Below the pieces are notes generated by a model that was not told the DNA's origin, made no database searches, and worked only from the letters and a program-made list of their open reading frames with translations. Positions 10,201 to 19,047 of a DNA stretch of 52,709 nt are shown here, piece by piece; the first letter of the stretch is position 1; each line of letters opens with the position of its first letter. A program made the position numbers and the translations under genes. The DNA comes from a virus (lineage: Duplodnaviria; Caudoviricetes), in the IMG/VR virus record IMGVR_UViG_3300047300_000727, positions 1-52,709 of that record; one strand, 5' to 3'.

Positions 10201-10228
10201 TATGCGTACACAGAAAGGATACAAGCAC

Positions 10229-10777
10229 ATGAGCACCACGCGCCAGATTGCACTGCTCCACGCAGATCTCGCGAACATGAATCTCGGTGTCCAGGAACAG
10301 GGCATCAACGACGGACCAGCCGTTCGTGCCTATCAACAGTCGTGCAAGCCACCAGTCGACGCACACGGACCGTGGTGCGCTGCACACGTCCGGTTCCGCA
10401 TGAAGCAAGCTGCGACACAGCTCGGCATCACGTACGACGAAACATTCCCACGCTCCGGATATTGTCCTGACTGGTCGCGCTGGTACCGCGAAAAGCAGTT
10501 GTGGCTTCCGGCTCATGCGCTGATACAAAAGACCACGGTTCGGATGCCACGCAAGGGCGACCATGCGCTCTTTTATTTTCGTGCGCTCGCACGTATCGCA
10601 CATATCGGTATTGTGTGGCGCGTGGAGCCGTGGGGCGTCTATACCATCGAGGGCAACACATCACCGGAGCCAAGCGATGAGACCTGTGTCGAGCGCGACG
10701 GTGATGGAATCTACATGAAGCGTCGCGATTGGGCTGAACTTGGACAGTATGGAGGATTCGGTCTGCTCGACTTTTAG
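10229..10777 (+). CDS. Endolysin, CHAP-family amidase/peptidase
   Basis: PWCAAHV (catalytic Cys), HIGIV (His) and TIEGNTS. AAAGGA RBS before ATG 10229. Confidence 0.82.
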   Translation: MSTTRQIALLHADLANMNLGVQEQGINDGPAVRAYQQSCKPPVDAHGPWCAAHVRFRMKQAATQLGITYDETFPRSGYCPDWSRWYREKQLWLPAHALIQKTTVRMPRKGDHALFYFRALARIAHIGIVWRVEPWGVYTIEGNTSPEPSDETCVERDGDGIYMKRRDWAELGQYGGFGLLDF

Positions 10778-10824
10778 TGGCTGTCCCGGTGCGTGTATTT
10801 CCAAAATCAACTGGAGGCTAAATA

Positions 10825-11712
10825 ATGACAGTTATTGAGCAGAAGGTTGGCAAGGAAGTGAAGCTCATGATGATGAGCGACCTCCACATCGGGGCACTAC
10901 ATAATGACTACAAACGGATTGAACAGGACCTAAAGCGAGCAAAAGATGAAGGGGCATTCATCGCCATCAACGGCGATGTGTTTGACATGATTCTCCCCGG
11001 AGACCGGAAGCGATATCGGTCGAACAACCTCCACCCGCGAATGTTCAGCGCTGGTGATGACATGATCGGTGAATCCATCCGATGGGCTGTCGAGATCCTG
11101 GAGCCATACAAGGACCGCATCATCATGATTGGAGACGGGAACCACGACGATGCGGTCGCTCGATTTCATCATATCGAACCCGTCAAGCAGCTGGTCATCA
11201 TGCTCAACGGCAAGAATGGCAAAATCAAATACGGTGGATATCACGGCTGGATTCACTTCGTGATGCAGATCGGCGAAGACCGTGGACATTACGTCATCAA
11301 CTATCACCACGGAGCCGGAGGCGCTGCACCCGTCACGAAGGGCGCCATCACATTCTCCAGGGCGAACATGTGGATTGAAGGTGCGGATGCAGTGTGGCGT
11401 GGTCACACGCACACGCTACAGGCTGGACGTGATGCGAAGATTGGATTCAACGTCATGGCACGAAGTCCGGAGACCCGCATCAAACATCGCACGGTGCTGA
11501 CCATCCGCACCGGAAGTTACATGGACACGTACGCTGGCACAACCAGCGAAGAGCTGCTGAAGAATGGCAGGAAGGATTCCTACGGTGCGATTCAGGACTA
11601 CGGAGCACTCCCGAAGGGTGGCATGATGCTTCACTTAACGGCATCGATTGCACGGCATGGCGCACGAAACTCTGGAGCGCATCTGGACATTTCTGACCAT
11701 CTGACCATCTGA
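10825..11712 (+). CDS. Calcineurin-like metallophosphoesterase
   Basis: SDLH, NGD, GNHD, YHHG and GHTH motifs. Confidence 0.85.
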   Translation: MTVIEQKVGKEVKLMMMSDLHIGALHNDYKRIEQDLKRAKDEGAFIAINGDVFDMILPGDRKRYRSNNLHPRMFSAGDDMIGESIRWAVEILEPYKDRIIMIGDGNHDDAVARFHHIEPVKQLVIMLNGKNGKIKYGGYHGWIHFVMQIGEDRGHYVINYHHGAGGAAPVTKGAITFSRANMWIEGADAVWRGHTHTLQAGRDAKIGFNVMARSPETRIKHRTVLTIRTGSYMDTYAGTTSEELLKNGRKDSYGAIQDYGALPKGGMMLHLTASIARHGARNSGAHLDISDHLTI

Positions 11713-11718
11713 CATGAA

Positions 11719-11748
11719 AAGACCCCACAGTTCACACTGTGGGGTCTT
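11719..11748. terminator. Terminator between convergent genes
   Basis: 12-bp stem AAGACCCCACAG-ttcaca-CTGTGGGGTCTT. Confidence 0.8.
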
Positions 11749-11791
11749 CCGGTTTGAGGTTCCGAACAAGAGTACGCGGATATTGTACCCG

Positions 11792-12016
11792 CTATTTCCA
11801 AACTCGAATCACATTGTCATTCACGCGCTCGAAGCCGATGTTTCCATCGAGGCATGGATGGTAGACCACTTCGACATGTGACCCGAAAACTTCGCGCCAG
11901 TCATAGTCGGATGCGTTCAGAATCCATTCGGGTGTGATGTCTTTGACATTCGGAGAATCAGCAGCTCGCTGCTCCAGTTCTTCGTCTACCTGCTCATTTG
12001 GTTTGCGTGCCATCAT
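11792..12016 (-). CDS. Hypothetical protein
   Basis: GAGGAG RBS; coupled to the ERF gene. Confidence 0.6.
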   Translation of the reverse strand: MMARKPNEQVDEELEQRAADSPNVKDITPEWILNASDYDWREVFGSHVEVVYHPCLDGNIGFERVNDNVIRVWK

Positions 12017-12492
12017 AGTCTCCTCAACGGTTGTACGGTTTGCGTTGCTTGGGCAACTGGTTGACGCTTCGGAGCAGCTACGGCGGTCGCTGCATTCCCA
12101 TCATCGTCATCATCTGCCACGATGCCAAGCAATGCTGACAGAGTATAACGCCGACCGTACGTGCTTGCACTCCCGGCGCCTTGAGCGCTTGCCTGTGCGA
12201 GTGGCATCACGAGTTCGCTCTCAATCCACTCACCAGTCTGCACATGCCAGATACGACTGAAGATGGTGATGCAGATGCTACCATCGTCCATGATCTGCGA
12301 ATCACGGGAACCCTGCGACAGCACCAGACCATGCTTCGTGAGCAGTGGACGGAGACCCTGCATGAGTTCATGCAGGGTGAGGTACTTGTTCCGGTGGAAC
12401 GGGTTGGTCGCATCCTTGCTGAATGCTGGCATCTGACCTTGCACTTGAATCAGTGCCTTCATGATGCCGGTGATGTTGTCCGATGTCTTCAC
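12013..12492 (-). CDS. erf: ERF-family single-strand annealing recombinase
   Basis: KDATNPFHRNKY and GSASTYGRRYTLSALLGIVADDDDDGN. Confidence 0.9.
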   Translation of the reverse strand: MKTSDNITGIMKALIQVQGQMPAFSKDATNPFHRNKYLTLHELMQGLRPLLTKHGLVLSQGSRDSQIMDDGSICITIFSRIWHVQTGEWIESELVMPLAQASAQGAGSASTYGRRYTLSALLGIVADDDDDGNAATAVAAPKRQPVAQATQTVQPLRRL

Positions 12493-12986
12493 TTGTTGAT
12501 TCCTTCCACTTGGACGGACCAGCGGTCCAGATGTAAACCTGCCTGGATGATTGGGTCATACTCGCGTAGGTCGATGATTTCGCGTGCATTGATGCTAGTC
12601 AGCAGTGTGCCGAGCACCATGTAAACCGGACGCAGGAAGTGATATGCATCACCTGGTGAAATCACACCAGCGTCAACAGCTGCGCGAAGCTTCGCGAGCA
12701 TCACGGCGCCTTCGGTGCGAACGTGCTTACGAATGTCCTTCGCCCACTTCACCTGTTTCTCACTACCCTTGATGTACATCGGGTCATAGGTCAACCACTC
12801 CGGATTGTTCAACATCTTGTGGTGGAACTCTGCAGCGGAGCATGCTGTGCACAGATCATTGGCTGTCGGTTCCTTGTAGTTCAGGATGCCGAGCGGAATG
12901 TGATGTTCTGTGGTGTGACCACAGACGTGCGTGATTGTTCTGTTGTAGTAGCGGGGTCCACCGCTGATGCTTCGTCGTGATGTCAT
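12489..12986 (-). CDS. Hypothetical phage protein (CGH...CxxC and GSEKQVKWA motif)
   Basis: Start MTSRRS overlaps the upstream stop; GGAGAGGA RBS. Confidence 0.6.
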   Translation of the reverse strand: MTSRRSISGGPRYYNRTITHVCGHTTEHHIPLGILNYKEPTANDLCTACSAAEFHHKMLNNPEWLTYDPMYIKGSEKQVKWAKDIRKHVRTEGAVMLAKLRAAVDAGVISPGDAYHFLRPVYMVLGTLLTSINAREIIDLREYDPIIQAGLHLDRWSVQVEGINK

Positions 12987-13339
12987 TTCGTCATCCTCTC
13001 CATCGTGCTCTCGCAGAACATGATGTGGTACGCATCCACCTGTTCGTTGTCGTGGAACATGTCCATCACGTCGTCGGTGTCGGTGAGTGATTCCCACTCG
13101 TAGTCGAGCATGTCGGAATCCACAATGACAACCGGCACATCGATTTGTGCGAGCATCGCAGCTTCAATCCGGTGCGTGCCGTTGACTGCGAAGAGACCAT
13201 CCGCACGCTCGATGGCAACCAAGGGAAGACCCTGCCAGCCGATAGCACGCATGACGTTGGCGATGTTGTTGACTTTGTCCACGTCAACGATGGTGTTAAA
13301 GGGAACCAAGCGACTTGGTTCAATTGTTTGAATGTCCAT
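12983..13339 (-). CDS. ParB/Srx N-terminal domain protein
   Basis: PLVAI...AVNGTHRIEAA...VPVVIV pattern; no HTH or dimerisation domain. Confidence 0.7.
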   Translation of the reverse strand: MDIQTIEPSRLVPFNTIVDVDKVNNIANVMRAIGWQGLPLVAIERADGLFAVNGTHRIEAAMLAQIDVPVVIVDSDMLDYEWESLTDTDDVMDMFHDNEQVDAYHIMFCESTMERMTK

Positions 13340-13345
13340 AGAAAT

Positions 13346-13386
13346 ACATTACCACACAACATCAAACACGCAACCTATGGTATAAG
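13346..13386. promoter_or_regulatory. Divergent promoter pair, probably giving leaderless mRNAs
   Basis: Minus: TTGCGT-16-TAATGT with TGn extension, 6 nt from ATG 13339. Plus: TGG-TATAAG (13381-86), 6 nt from ATG 13393. Confidence 0.5.
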
Positions 13387-13392
13387 TGCGAT

Positions 13393-13641
13393 ATGGAAAT
13401 GTTTGGACTGCGGGGGAAAGACCTCGCCGAGAAAACGGGACTCACCCGTGGAACAATCAGTCGCCACATGTCGGGCGATTGCATGCCTCGTCGTCAAACC
13501 ATCGAGACCTTTGCCATTGCAACTGGCAGGACCTTCGATGATGTCAAGCAGTGGTTCGAAGCCAGACACGCTGAGCGTACACAGCAGATCGCTGAACGCA
13601 AAGCGAGATGGGAAGAGCATTGTCGGTTGGTTGGAAAGTAG
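13393..13641 (+). CDS. XRE/Cro-like HTH regulator
   Basis: KDLAEKTGLTRGTISRHMSG helix-turn-helix. Confidence 0.8.
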   Translation: MEMFGLRGKDLAEKTGLTRGTISRHMSGDCMPRRQTIETFAIATGRTFDDVKQWFEARHAERTQQIAERKARWEEHCRLVGK

Positions 13642-13647
13642 GAAGAA

Positions 13648-13902
13648 ATGAAATCGATGGGACCTATACTCTCATGTCGGAGCTGCGGAGTGACGCAGAA
13701 AACGTCGGGTAACAAATGGTGGTCGTGCTGTTCATGCGGGCTTCGCCAGACCGCACCAGTGAAGTCGAGTGGATGGAAGGATGTGCTGGTCTGGTGCATC
13801 CTCGCCATTCTCGCTGTCACACTGGCGCGTGAGACCAGAATCGCATATCAGAAAGACCAGCAGTTCCGCGAACGCTACATTCAGATGGAGCAGTCGCGAT
13901 GA
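13648..13902 (+). CDS. Zn-ribbon plus transmembrane hypothetical protein
   Basis: CRSCG...CCSCG, then a hydrophobic helix. Confidence 0.6.
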   Translation: MKSMGPILSCRSCGVTQKTSGNKWWSCCSCGLRQTAPVKSSGWKDVLVWCILAILAVTLARETRIAYQKDQQFRERYIQMEQSR

Positions 13903-14852
13903 TTGACAAAAACTTTGTACTCACCGGTCCACCTCGCGACAGCGAGCATCGGACCGGTGAACCGATTACACGATGGAGCCAGTATCGCCAGCGGATGCGC
14001 AAGTCTGGTCTGCTCACATTCGAGCACGAAGTGTTTCTGGCGAAGGTGTTAAAGACTGGTACCGAAGCAGAGCAAGACCGAGCGCGTGCCGAGCTGGTGA
14101 ATCACAATGTGCGACTGGTGTCATCGGTCGCACACAAGTATATGGGGCGTGGTTGTGACTACGAAGACCTATATGCTGCGGGGATGCATGGTCTGCTTCA
14201 CGCCATCACTCTGTTCGACTACCGTGCGAACTGTCGATTCTCAACGTATGCCACCACATGGGTTCGTCAATCCATTGGTCGACAGGTTGAGCTCAACTCG
14301 CGCGGTATCCGGTTACCGGGTTATCGGATCAGTGTGATTTCACACGTCAAAGATACCGTCCGTGACCTGACATCCGAGAATCACGGTGAGCGTCCAAGCG
14401 ATGCGGAGATTGTGAAGTACATCAACTCGCATCCGGACCGGTACCCGAAGACACTTCAGCACATCTTCAAGCGGATGACGGTGAAGTACTTCCAGGACGC
14501 GCTGGAGGATGCGACAGCGTACGTGTCCAGCATTCAGGCGACTATCCCCGGTACACAGACATCGCTGGAGGAAGTGCTCGGATTTGAAGTCGATTTCATG
14601 AGCGACATGATTGATGACCAGATTCTGGAAAACATCCGTGGCATGCTCACGAAACTCACCGAGAAGGAAGCAATGGCGGTCAGCCTTCGATTCGGTCTCG
14701 ATGGACAGGCAGAAGAACTCCGAACATACGAGCACATCGGAAGCATCATCGGCATCAGCCGTGAACGAGCGCGACAGCTCATCAATGCCGGTGTCAAGAA
14801 AATGCGCGACAGCCGAAGCGCCAGAGCACTCTACAGGGACATGACACGATGA
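13899..14852 (+). CDS. RNA polymerase sigma-70 family factor (RpoD/RpoS-like regions 1.2-4)
   Basis: ELVNHNVRLVSSVAHKYMGRG, FSTYATTWVRQSI, IRLP and LRFGLDG...RTYEHIG...ISRERARQL. Confidence 0.92.
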   Translation: MIDKNFVLTGPPRDSEHRTGEPITRWSQYRQRMRKSGLLTFEHEVFLAKVLKTGTEAEQDRARAELVNHNVRLVSSVAHKYMGRGCDYEDLYAAGMHGLLHAITLFDYRANCRFSTYATTWVRQSIGRQVELNSRGIRLPGYRISVISHVKDTVRDLTSENHGERPSDAEIVKYINSHPDRYPKTLQHIFKRMTVKYFQDALEDATAYVSSIQATIPGTQTSLEEVLGFEVDFMSDMIDDQILENIRGMLTKLTEKEAMAVSLRFGLDGQAEELRTYEHIGSIIGISRERARQLINAGVKKMRDSRSARALYRDMTR

Positions 14853-15208
14853 CCGAATCCGAACATCAGCAAGCATTGATTCAGTGGGTTCGATGTCATG
14901 AGCACAAGTTTCCACAGCTGCGTTGTCTTTTTAGTGTGCCGAATGGTGGACACAGATCAGCGCGGACAGCCGGCATCATGAAGTCAGAAGGTGTGCGTCG
15001 CGGAGTGTGGGACCTGTTCCTGGCTGTGCCGATGGGGCATCACTGCGGAATGTTCATCGAGATGAAGCAAGGCAAAGGGCGCCTGTCTCCGGAGCAGAAA
15101 CAGTTTCGGGAATCTGTGGGCGACGCCTACGCATGGGCTGTCTGCTACTCTTGGGACGAAGCCGTGCGTGATATCGTGGCATATCTCGGAATCAACATCG
15201 AGATGTAG
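14849..15208 (+). CDS. VRR-NUC domain nuclease
   Basis: ESEHQ...VPNGG...EGVRRGVWDL...FIEMK...GRLSPEQ. Confidence 0.88.
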   Translation: MTESEHQQALIQWVRCHEHKFPQLRCLFSVPNGGHRSARTAGIMKSEGVRRGVWDLFLAVPMGHHCGMFIEMKQGKGRLSPEQKQFRESVGDAYAWAVCYSWDEAVRDIVAYLGINIEM

Positions 15209-15234
15209 GGTGGACAGACCCTACTGGAGGGAAC

Positions 15235-16077
15235 ATGAACTGCGAGTCGCAAGCAGCCACCTATCTTCGGTGGCTGACTTCACCATACGCGTCTGGTTAT
15301 CTCGAAATCAGGCGCATTGTCTTTGATGGTGGAAAATCTAAACAGGTCTTTCAGGATTACGTGGAACTACCGATGTCAGAATCTTCCATCGAATCCACAG
15401 CTCGAATGTGCGTTCATATGTCGGTCGAAGGAATGGACGTCTACGCCGGCGTGCTACCGCGCTCCGCACAAAGCGGACGCGCTGAATGCGTGAAGCAGTG
15501 CGCGACATTCTGGCTTGACATCGACCGTCTCGACAACATCGACATCGAGAAAATGCGCAAGCGATACGACATCATTGTGCGCAGCGGGAACGGATATCAC
15601 TGCTACCGTCGCGTGTCGCTTCACGACATTCCGGACCCGAAGCAAAGAACGCCACACAAGCAGTGGAAAGACCTGCTCAAGGCGTGGATGATGAGCGAAG
15701 ATTCCGGAGCGGATGTCGCGTGTGCGGAACCAGCTCGCGTTCTACGCGTGCCTGGGACTGTGAATCACAAGCGAGATCCGCTGGATGTCATCCTGTTGAA
15801 GTATCCGGAGCGAGCTTCGACACCAGCAACATCGAACGCCAGCCACCCGTTCGGTGAACGGTGGGTCACTTTGCTGAGCAAAGCAAGACTGAATCAACTG
15901 CCACTGCTCGACAGCAACGCATATCTGGGTCAGACCACAGCAGGTGGACAGCTGCTTGTGAATGACTTCAGCGGGGCTGTGTTAGACTGCGAAGACCACC
16001 GACGCATGGGTATGCGTAAACACAGCGCGGAGGTGGCAACACTCTTGATTGATTGGATTGGAAGGAATCATGGATGA
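15235..16077 (+). CDS. RepB-like (AEP superfamily) DNA primase domain protein
   Basis: WLDID, SGNGYHCY and EPARVLRVPGTVNHK. Confidence 0.8.
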   Translation: MNCESQAATYLRWLTSPYASGYLEIRRIVFDGGKSKQVFQDYVELPMSESSIESTARMCVHMSVEGMDVYAGVLPRSAQSGRAECVKQCATFWLDIDRLDNIDIEKMRKRYDIIVRSGNGYHCYRRVSLHDIPDPKQRTPHKQWKDLLKAWMMSEDSGADVACAEPARVLRVPGTVNHKRDPLDVILLKYPERASTPATSNASHPFGERWVTLLSKARLNQLPLLDSNAYLGQTTAGGQLLVNDFSGAVLDCEDHRRMGMRKHSAEVATLLIDWIGRNHG

Positions 16078-17401
16078 ACTTGAACCCCTTGACATAGGGG
16101 CACTATTTGAGGCGCTTAAAACAGGCGCTGCAGACAAAACGCAGTTATTCGATGCCATCGAAAAACTGGACAGCACATTCGGCGAGACGTTCCAGAAGGC
16201 GCCAGAAGGGCGAAGGAACGCCGAAATGGTGCGCGTGTGCGGATTACTCCGTCGGCACCGGATAAAGCTCGGAATGGCGCTATTCTTCGTTCACGCTTGG
16301 AACGACGGGTATTGTGTGCCACCACTTCCACGCCAGGAAGTGGATGACGCTGTGCGTCGATTCTGGGTGACATGGGCTGAAGGCGACATGCCACTCGACA
16401 CGCCGGGAAGAGACAGCGACCAGACCATCACCGAAGCGATGACATGGTCCGACATGGAGGAAGCAGCTGAGGCGCTCGGCTCCACGGACTGGCTGGTCGA
16501 GAACTTCATCCTGACGGGCGGTCTGCACTTCATCAGCGCACAACCGGGACACGGCAAGTCATGGATTTTGTATGACCTGATTCGTGCCACACTCACGGGC
16601 GAAAAGTGGCTGGGCGAGTTTCCGGTCGCACAGCAGAATGTCCTGCTGGTGGACGAAGAGATGGGCGTCGGCAACACGATCAAGCGCCTGAAGCGTCTCG
16701 CACTCACCGCAGGGAACACGGATGGATTCCGATATCTCGGACGAACGGACATGGACTTCGGGGACCCTGTACGCGTTCAGCAGCTGCTCGACCTGTGCAA
16801 GCGATACGAAACCAAACTGCTTTGCGTCGATTCCCTGGTGCGCGTTCACAAGTTCGATGAAAACTCGAACACCGACATGCGCCGGCTATACAAAGCGTTC
16901 AACCTGTTCATGGCTGAAGGCATCACGCTGGTGATTCTGCATCACGACAAAAAACCTTCGGGGCTGAATGGGCAGGCGCAGGACAGCATGCGTGGAGCGG
17001 GTGAGATTGGAGCAATGAACGATGCGAGCTTCAGTGTCACGAAGCAACCCGACGCCACATACAAAATGTTGCAGACAAAGACCAGACACATCGCGGATGA
17101 CGACAAGCTGGTCTGCTCCATCGAGATCGAGGACGATGGAGGCTTCACGACGGTCAAAACCATCGATGCGGCTCATCGGTCGGTCAAGCGTGAAAAAGCC
17201 CTAGAATCGGCGATTTTGGAGGCACTGGAGGCACAGCCGGATGGCTGGACGGTGAACGCTTTGGTAAAGCATCTGAAGCGCCGGAAGGATGATGTGTCGA
17301 ACACGCTCGAAGCGCTGAAGTCTGACGGTTTGGCGGACTATAAACACGGCAGCAGACAGTCACAGGTTTGGTACAAAGTCATTCCCGAAGGGCTGTTTTA
17401 A
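16070..17401 (+). CDS. PriCT-domain plus AAA_25 (RepA/RecA-type SF4-like) helicase
   Basis: PEGRRN...WNDGYCVPPLPRQEV; Walker A AQPGHGKS; CVDSL; DENSNTDM; LHHDKK; MRGAG. Confidence 0.85.
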   Translation: MDELEPLDIGALFEALKTGAADKTQLFDAIEKLDSTFGETFQKAPEGRRNAEMVRVCGLLRRHRIKLGMALFFVHAWNDGYCVPPLPRQEVDDAVRRFWVTWAEGDMPLDTPGRDSDQTITEAMTWSDMEEAAEALGSTDWLVENFILTGGLHFISAQPGHGKSWILYDLIRATLTGEKWLGEFPVAQQNVLLVDEEMGVGNTIKRLKRLALTAGNTDGFRYLGRTDMDFGDPVRVQQLLDLCKRYETKLLCVDSLVRVHKFDENSNTDMRRLYKAFNLFMAEGITLVILHHDKKPSGLNGQAQDSMRGAGEIGAMNDASFSVTKQPDATYKMLQTKTRHIADDDKLVCSIEIEDDGGFTTVKTIDAAHRSVKREKALESAILEALEAQPDGWTVNALVKHLKRRKDDVSNTLEALKSDGLADYKHGSRQSQVWYKVIPEGLF

Positions 17402-17600
17402 CTGGTTCCTGCGACTGGTTCCCGGACTGGTTCCCCTTAAGAATATAAATATTCGGAACCAGTCGAATATTCCCCCCTTTGGAAACCCCCCTGCACACTT
17501 GGAACCATTGTGAGCAGGGGGCAAGGTTAAGTACTTTTTATTGGCAAAACGGTTCCTTAGCCGTGACGGCGCTGGAGCGCCTACGGCTGGAACCGCATTG
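17401..17600. other. Putative replication origin of phage A
   Basis: ACTGGTTCC x3 (17401, 17414, 17426), an AT-rich spacer, an inverted copy at 17455-63, C/G runs and a hairpin near 17559-88; directly after the helicase. Confidence 0.55.
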
Positions 17601-17626
17601 CCAATATCTCATGAAATATATTCACC

Positions 17627-17683
17627 TTGACGGTTTGATGTTTCGTGTATAATGGTGATGGTGGTCACACATGGTGGTCACAC
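17627..17683 (+). promoter_or_regulatory. Sigma70-like promoter followed by a 13-bp tandem repeat (possible operator)
   Basis: TTGACG-15-TATAAT (short spacer); ATGGTGGTCACAC x2 at 17658-17683. Confidence 0.5.
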
Positions 17684-17703
17684 ATTCAAGTGAGGTTTTG
17701 TAT

Positions 17704-18279
17704 ATGAGTTTCTTCAAGAACACGACCACGTCCACTGGCAACGGTGGCGGGTCCGATGACTTCGTCGCACCTTCGGGTGTCTACAAGTGTAAGTTGATTG
17801 ATGTGCAGGTCACGCAGACAACGAAGTTCCAATCGACTGAAATGGTCGACCAATATCAGTGGGACTTCGAGACCGTTGAAGTCGGCAACAGCAAAGGACA
17901 GCCGTTCAAGTTTCGCAAGTGGACCGGAACTGTCTACGGTCCGGACAAAGCGAAGCTCACCATTCTGATGGATGGCATGCTCGGCAAGCGATACACCGCT
18001 GAAGAGTTCCAGGAACTGGACGATGCGATTCTGTTTGACGGCGAATACAACGTCGTCGTCAGCCAGTACACCAACAGTGCAGGGTATCCACGGAACACTG
18101 TCGATTCCGTCAAGCGCTTCGAAGCGGAGTCGCCTAAACTCCAGCCACTGCGCAAAGCACCAGCCGTCGTGAACAACGACGACATCGAAGATCCCTTCGG
18201 TGATGACATGCCAGCCGATGCAATCGCTGGCGTACCAGATGCACCAAAGCCGACACGGCGATTCGGTGCGAAGGCGTAG
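17704..18279 (+). CDS. Putative single-stranded DNA-binding protein (OB-fold type)
   Basis: APSGVYKCKLIDV start, acidic DDIEDPF tail region, GAGG RBS; lies in the replication module. Confidence 0.55.
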   Translation: MSFFKNTTTSTGNGGGSDDFVAPSGVYKCKLIDVQVTQTTKFQSTEMVDQYQWDFETVEVGNSKGQPFKFRKWTGTVYGPDKAKLTILMDGMLGKRYTAEEFQELDDAILFDGEYNVVVSQYTNSAGYPRNTVDSVKRFEAESPKLQPLRKAPAVVNNDDIEDPFGDDMPADAIAGVPDAPKPTRRFGAKA

Positions 18280-18298
18280 CGTATAGGGCTACGATCAG

Positions 18299-18330
18299 GA
18301 CCCCGACAGGCGTACACTGTCGGGGTCTTT
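18299..18330 (+). terminator. Intrinsic terminator
   Basis: GACCCCGACAG-gcgtaca-CTGTCGGGGTC-TTT. Confidence 0.75.
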
Positions 18331-18352
18331 GCACTACTGGAAGGAAAACAAT

Positions 18353-18601
18353 ATGGGACAAAGATTCAACGGTTTCACCGCGATGCAGCTGCTCAAAGAT
18401 GGACAGTACATCCGGCGTGTCATGTGGACAAAAGACTGCTATGTACACGCAGTGAACTTCGAAGGTGAGTACACCATTCATGCTGTCGGCACACCACGCT
18501 TTGAGATGGACATCGAGGTATTTTCGAACATGCTCATTGAACAGCTGCTCGAAGACGGCGATCAGTGGGAAACCTATGACGAACCGACGGAGACAGTCTG
18601 A
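18353..18601 (+). CDS. DUF2829-like small protein
   Basis: FTAMQLLKDGQYIRRVMW...LLEDGDQWETY; GGAAGGA RBS. Confidence 0.5.
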   Translation: MGQRFNGFTAMQLLKDGQYIRRVMWTKDCYVHAVNFEGEYTIHAVGTPRFEMDIEVFSNMLIEQLLEDGDQWETYDEPTETV

Positions 18602-19047
18602 TGCGCGAACGCCGGTGTTACAACGATGCGGAAAAGACCGACATCGTTATCAAGACGAAGGCGCTGATGGATGCTGGTGTGGCGAAGAGCTTCGCACCAC
18701 TTCGCGTCGCTGGAGTTTCATGGTCGCGCATTGAAAACTGGTGCTTGCAAACCGAAGAGCGCTGGTCTGTCATGTATCCCGACATTCAGTTTCCGCATCA
18801 CGTTCGTGGTGAATCCGGACGACACAAAGACCGCAGCGACCTGTTGTCCTGGGAACAGGCAGTGCGCTTGATGCGTGAAGGCTTCACCATCCGCCCGGAG
18901 GAATCGATGCTCTATCGATACACCATCGAGAATGGCGAGCTGGTGGAATGGCGTCGGCACTTAGGGACATTCAAGTGGCACAAAGCGGATGAAGTAACGC
19001 TGAACCGACGCACTTACAGAGATTGGAAATACGAGGTGGTGGAATGA
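18601..19047 (+). CDS. Hypothetical protein (N-terminal HTH-like, C-terminal DUF2829-like)
   Basis: LSWEQAVRLMREGFTIR...DWKYEVVE. Confidence 0.5.
   Translation: MRERRCYNDAEKTDIVIKTKALMDAGVAKSFAPLRVAGVSWSRIENWCLQTEERWSVMYPDIQFPHHVRGESGRHKDRSDLLSWEQAVRLMREGFTIRPEESMLYRYTIENGELVEWRRHLGTFKWHKADEVTLNRRTYRDWKYEVVE

Noticed and set aside
10060-10470. 136-aa plus-strand ORF
   Set aside because: It runs through palindromes and overlaps the endolysin out of frame.
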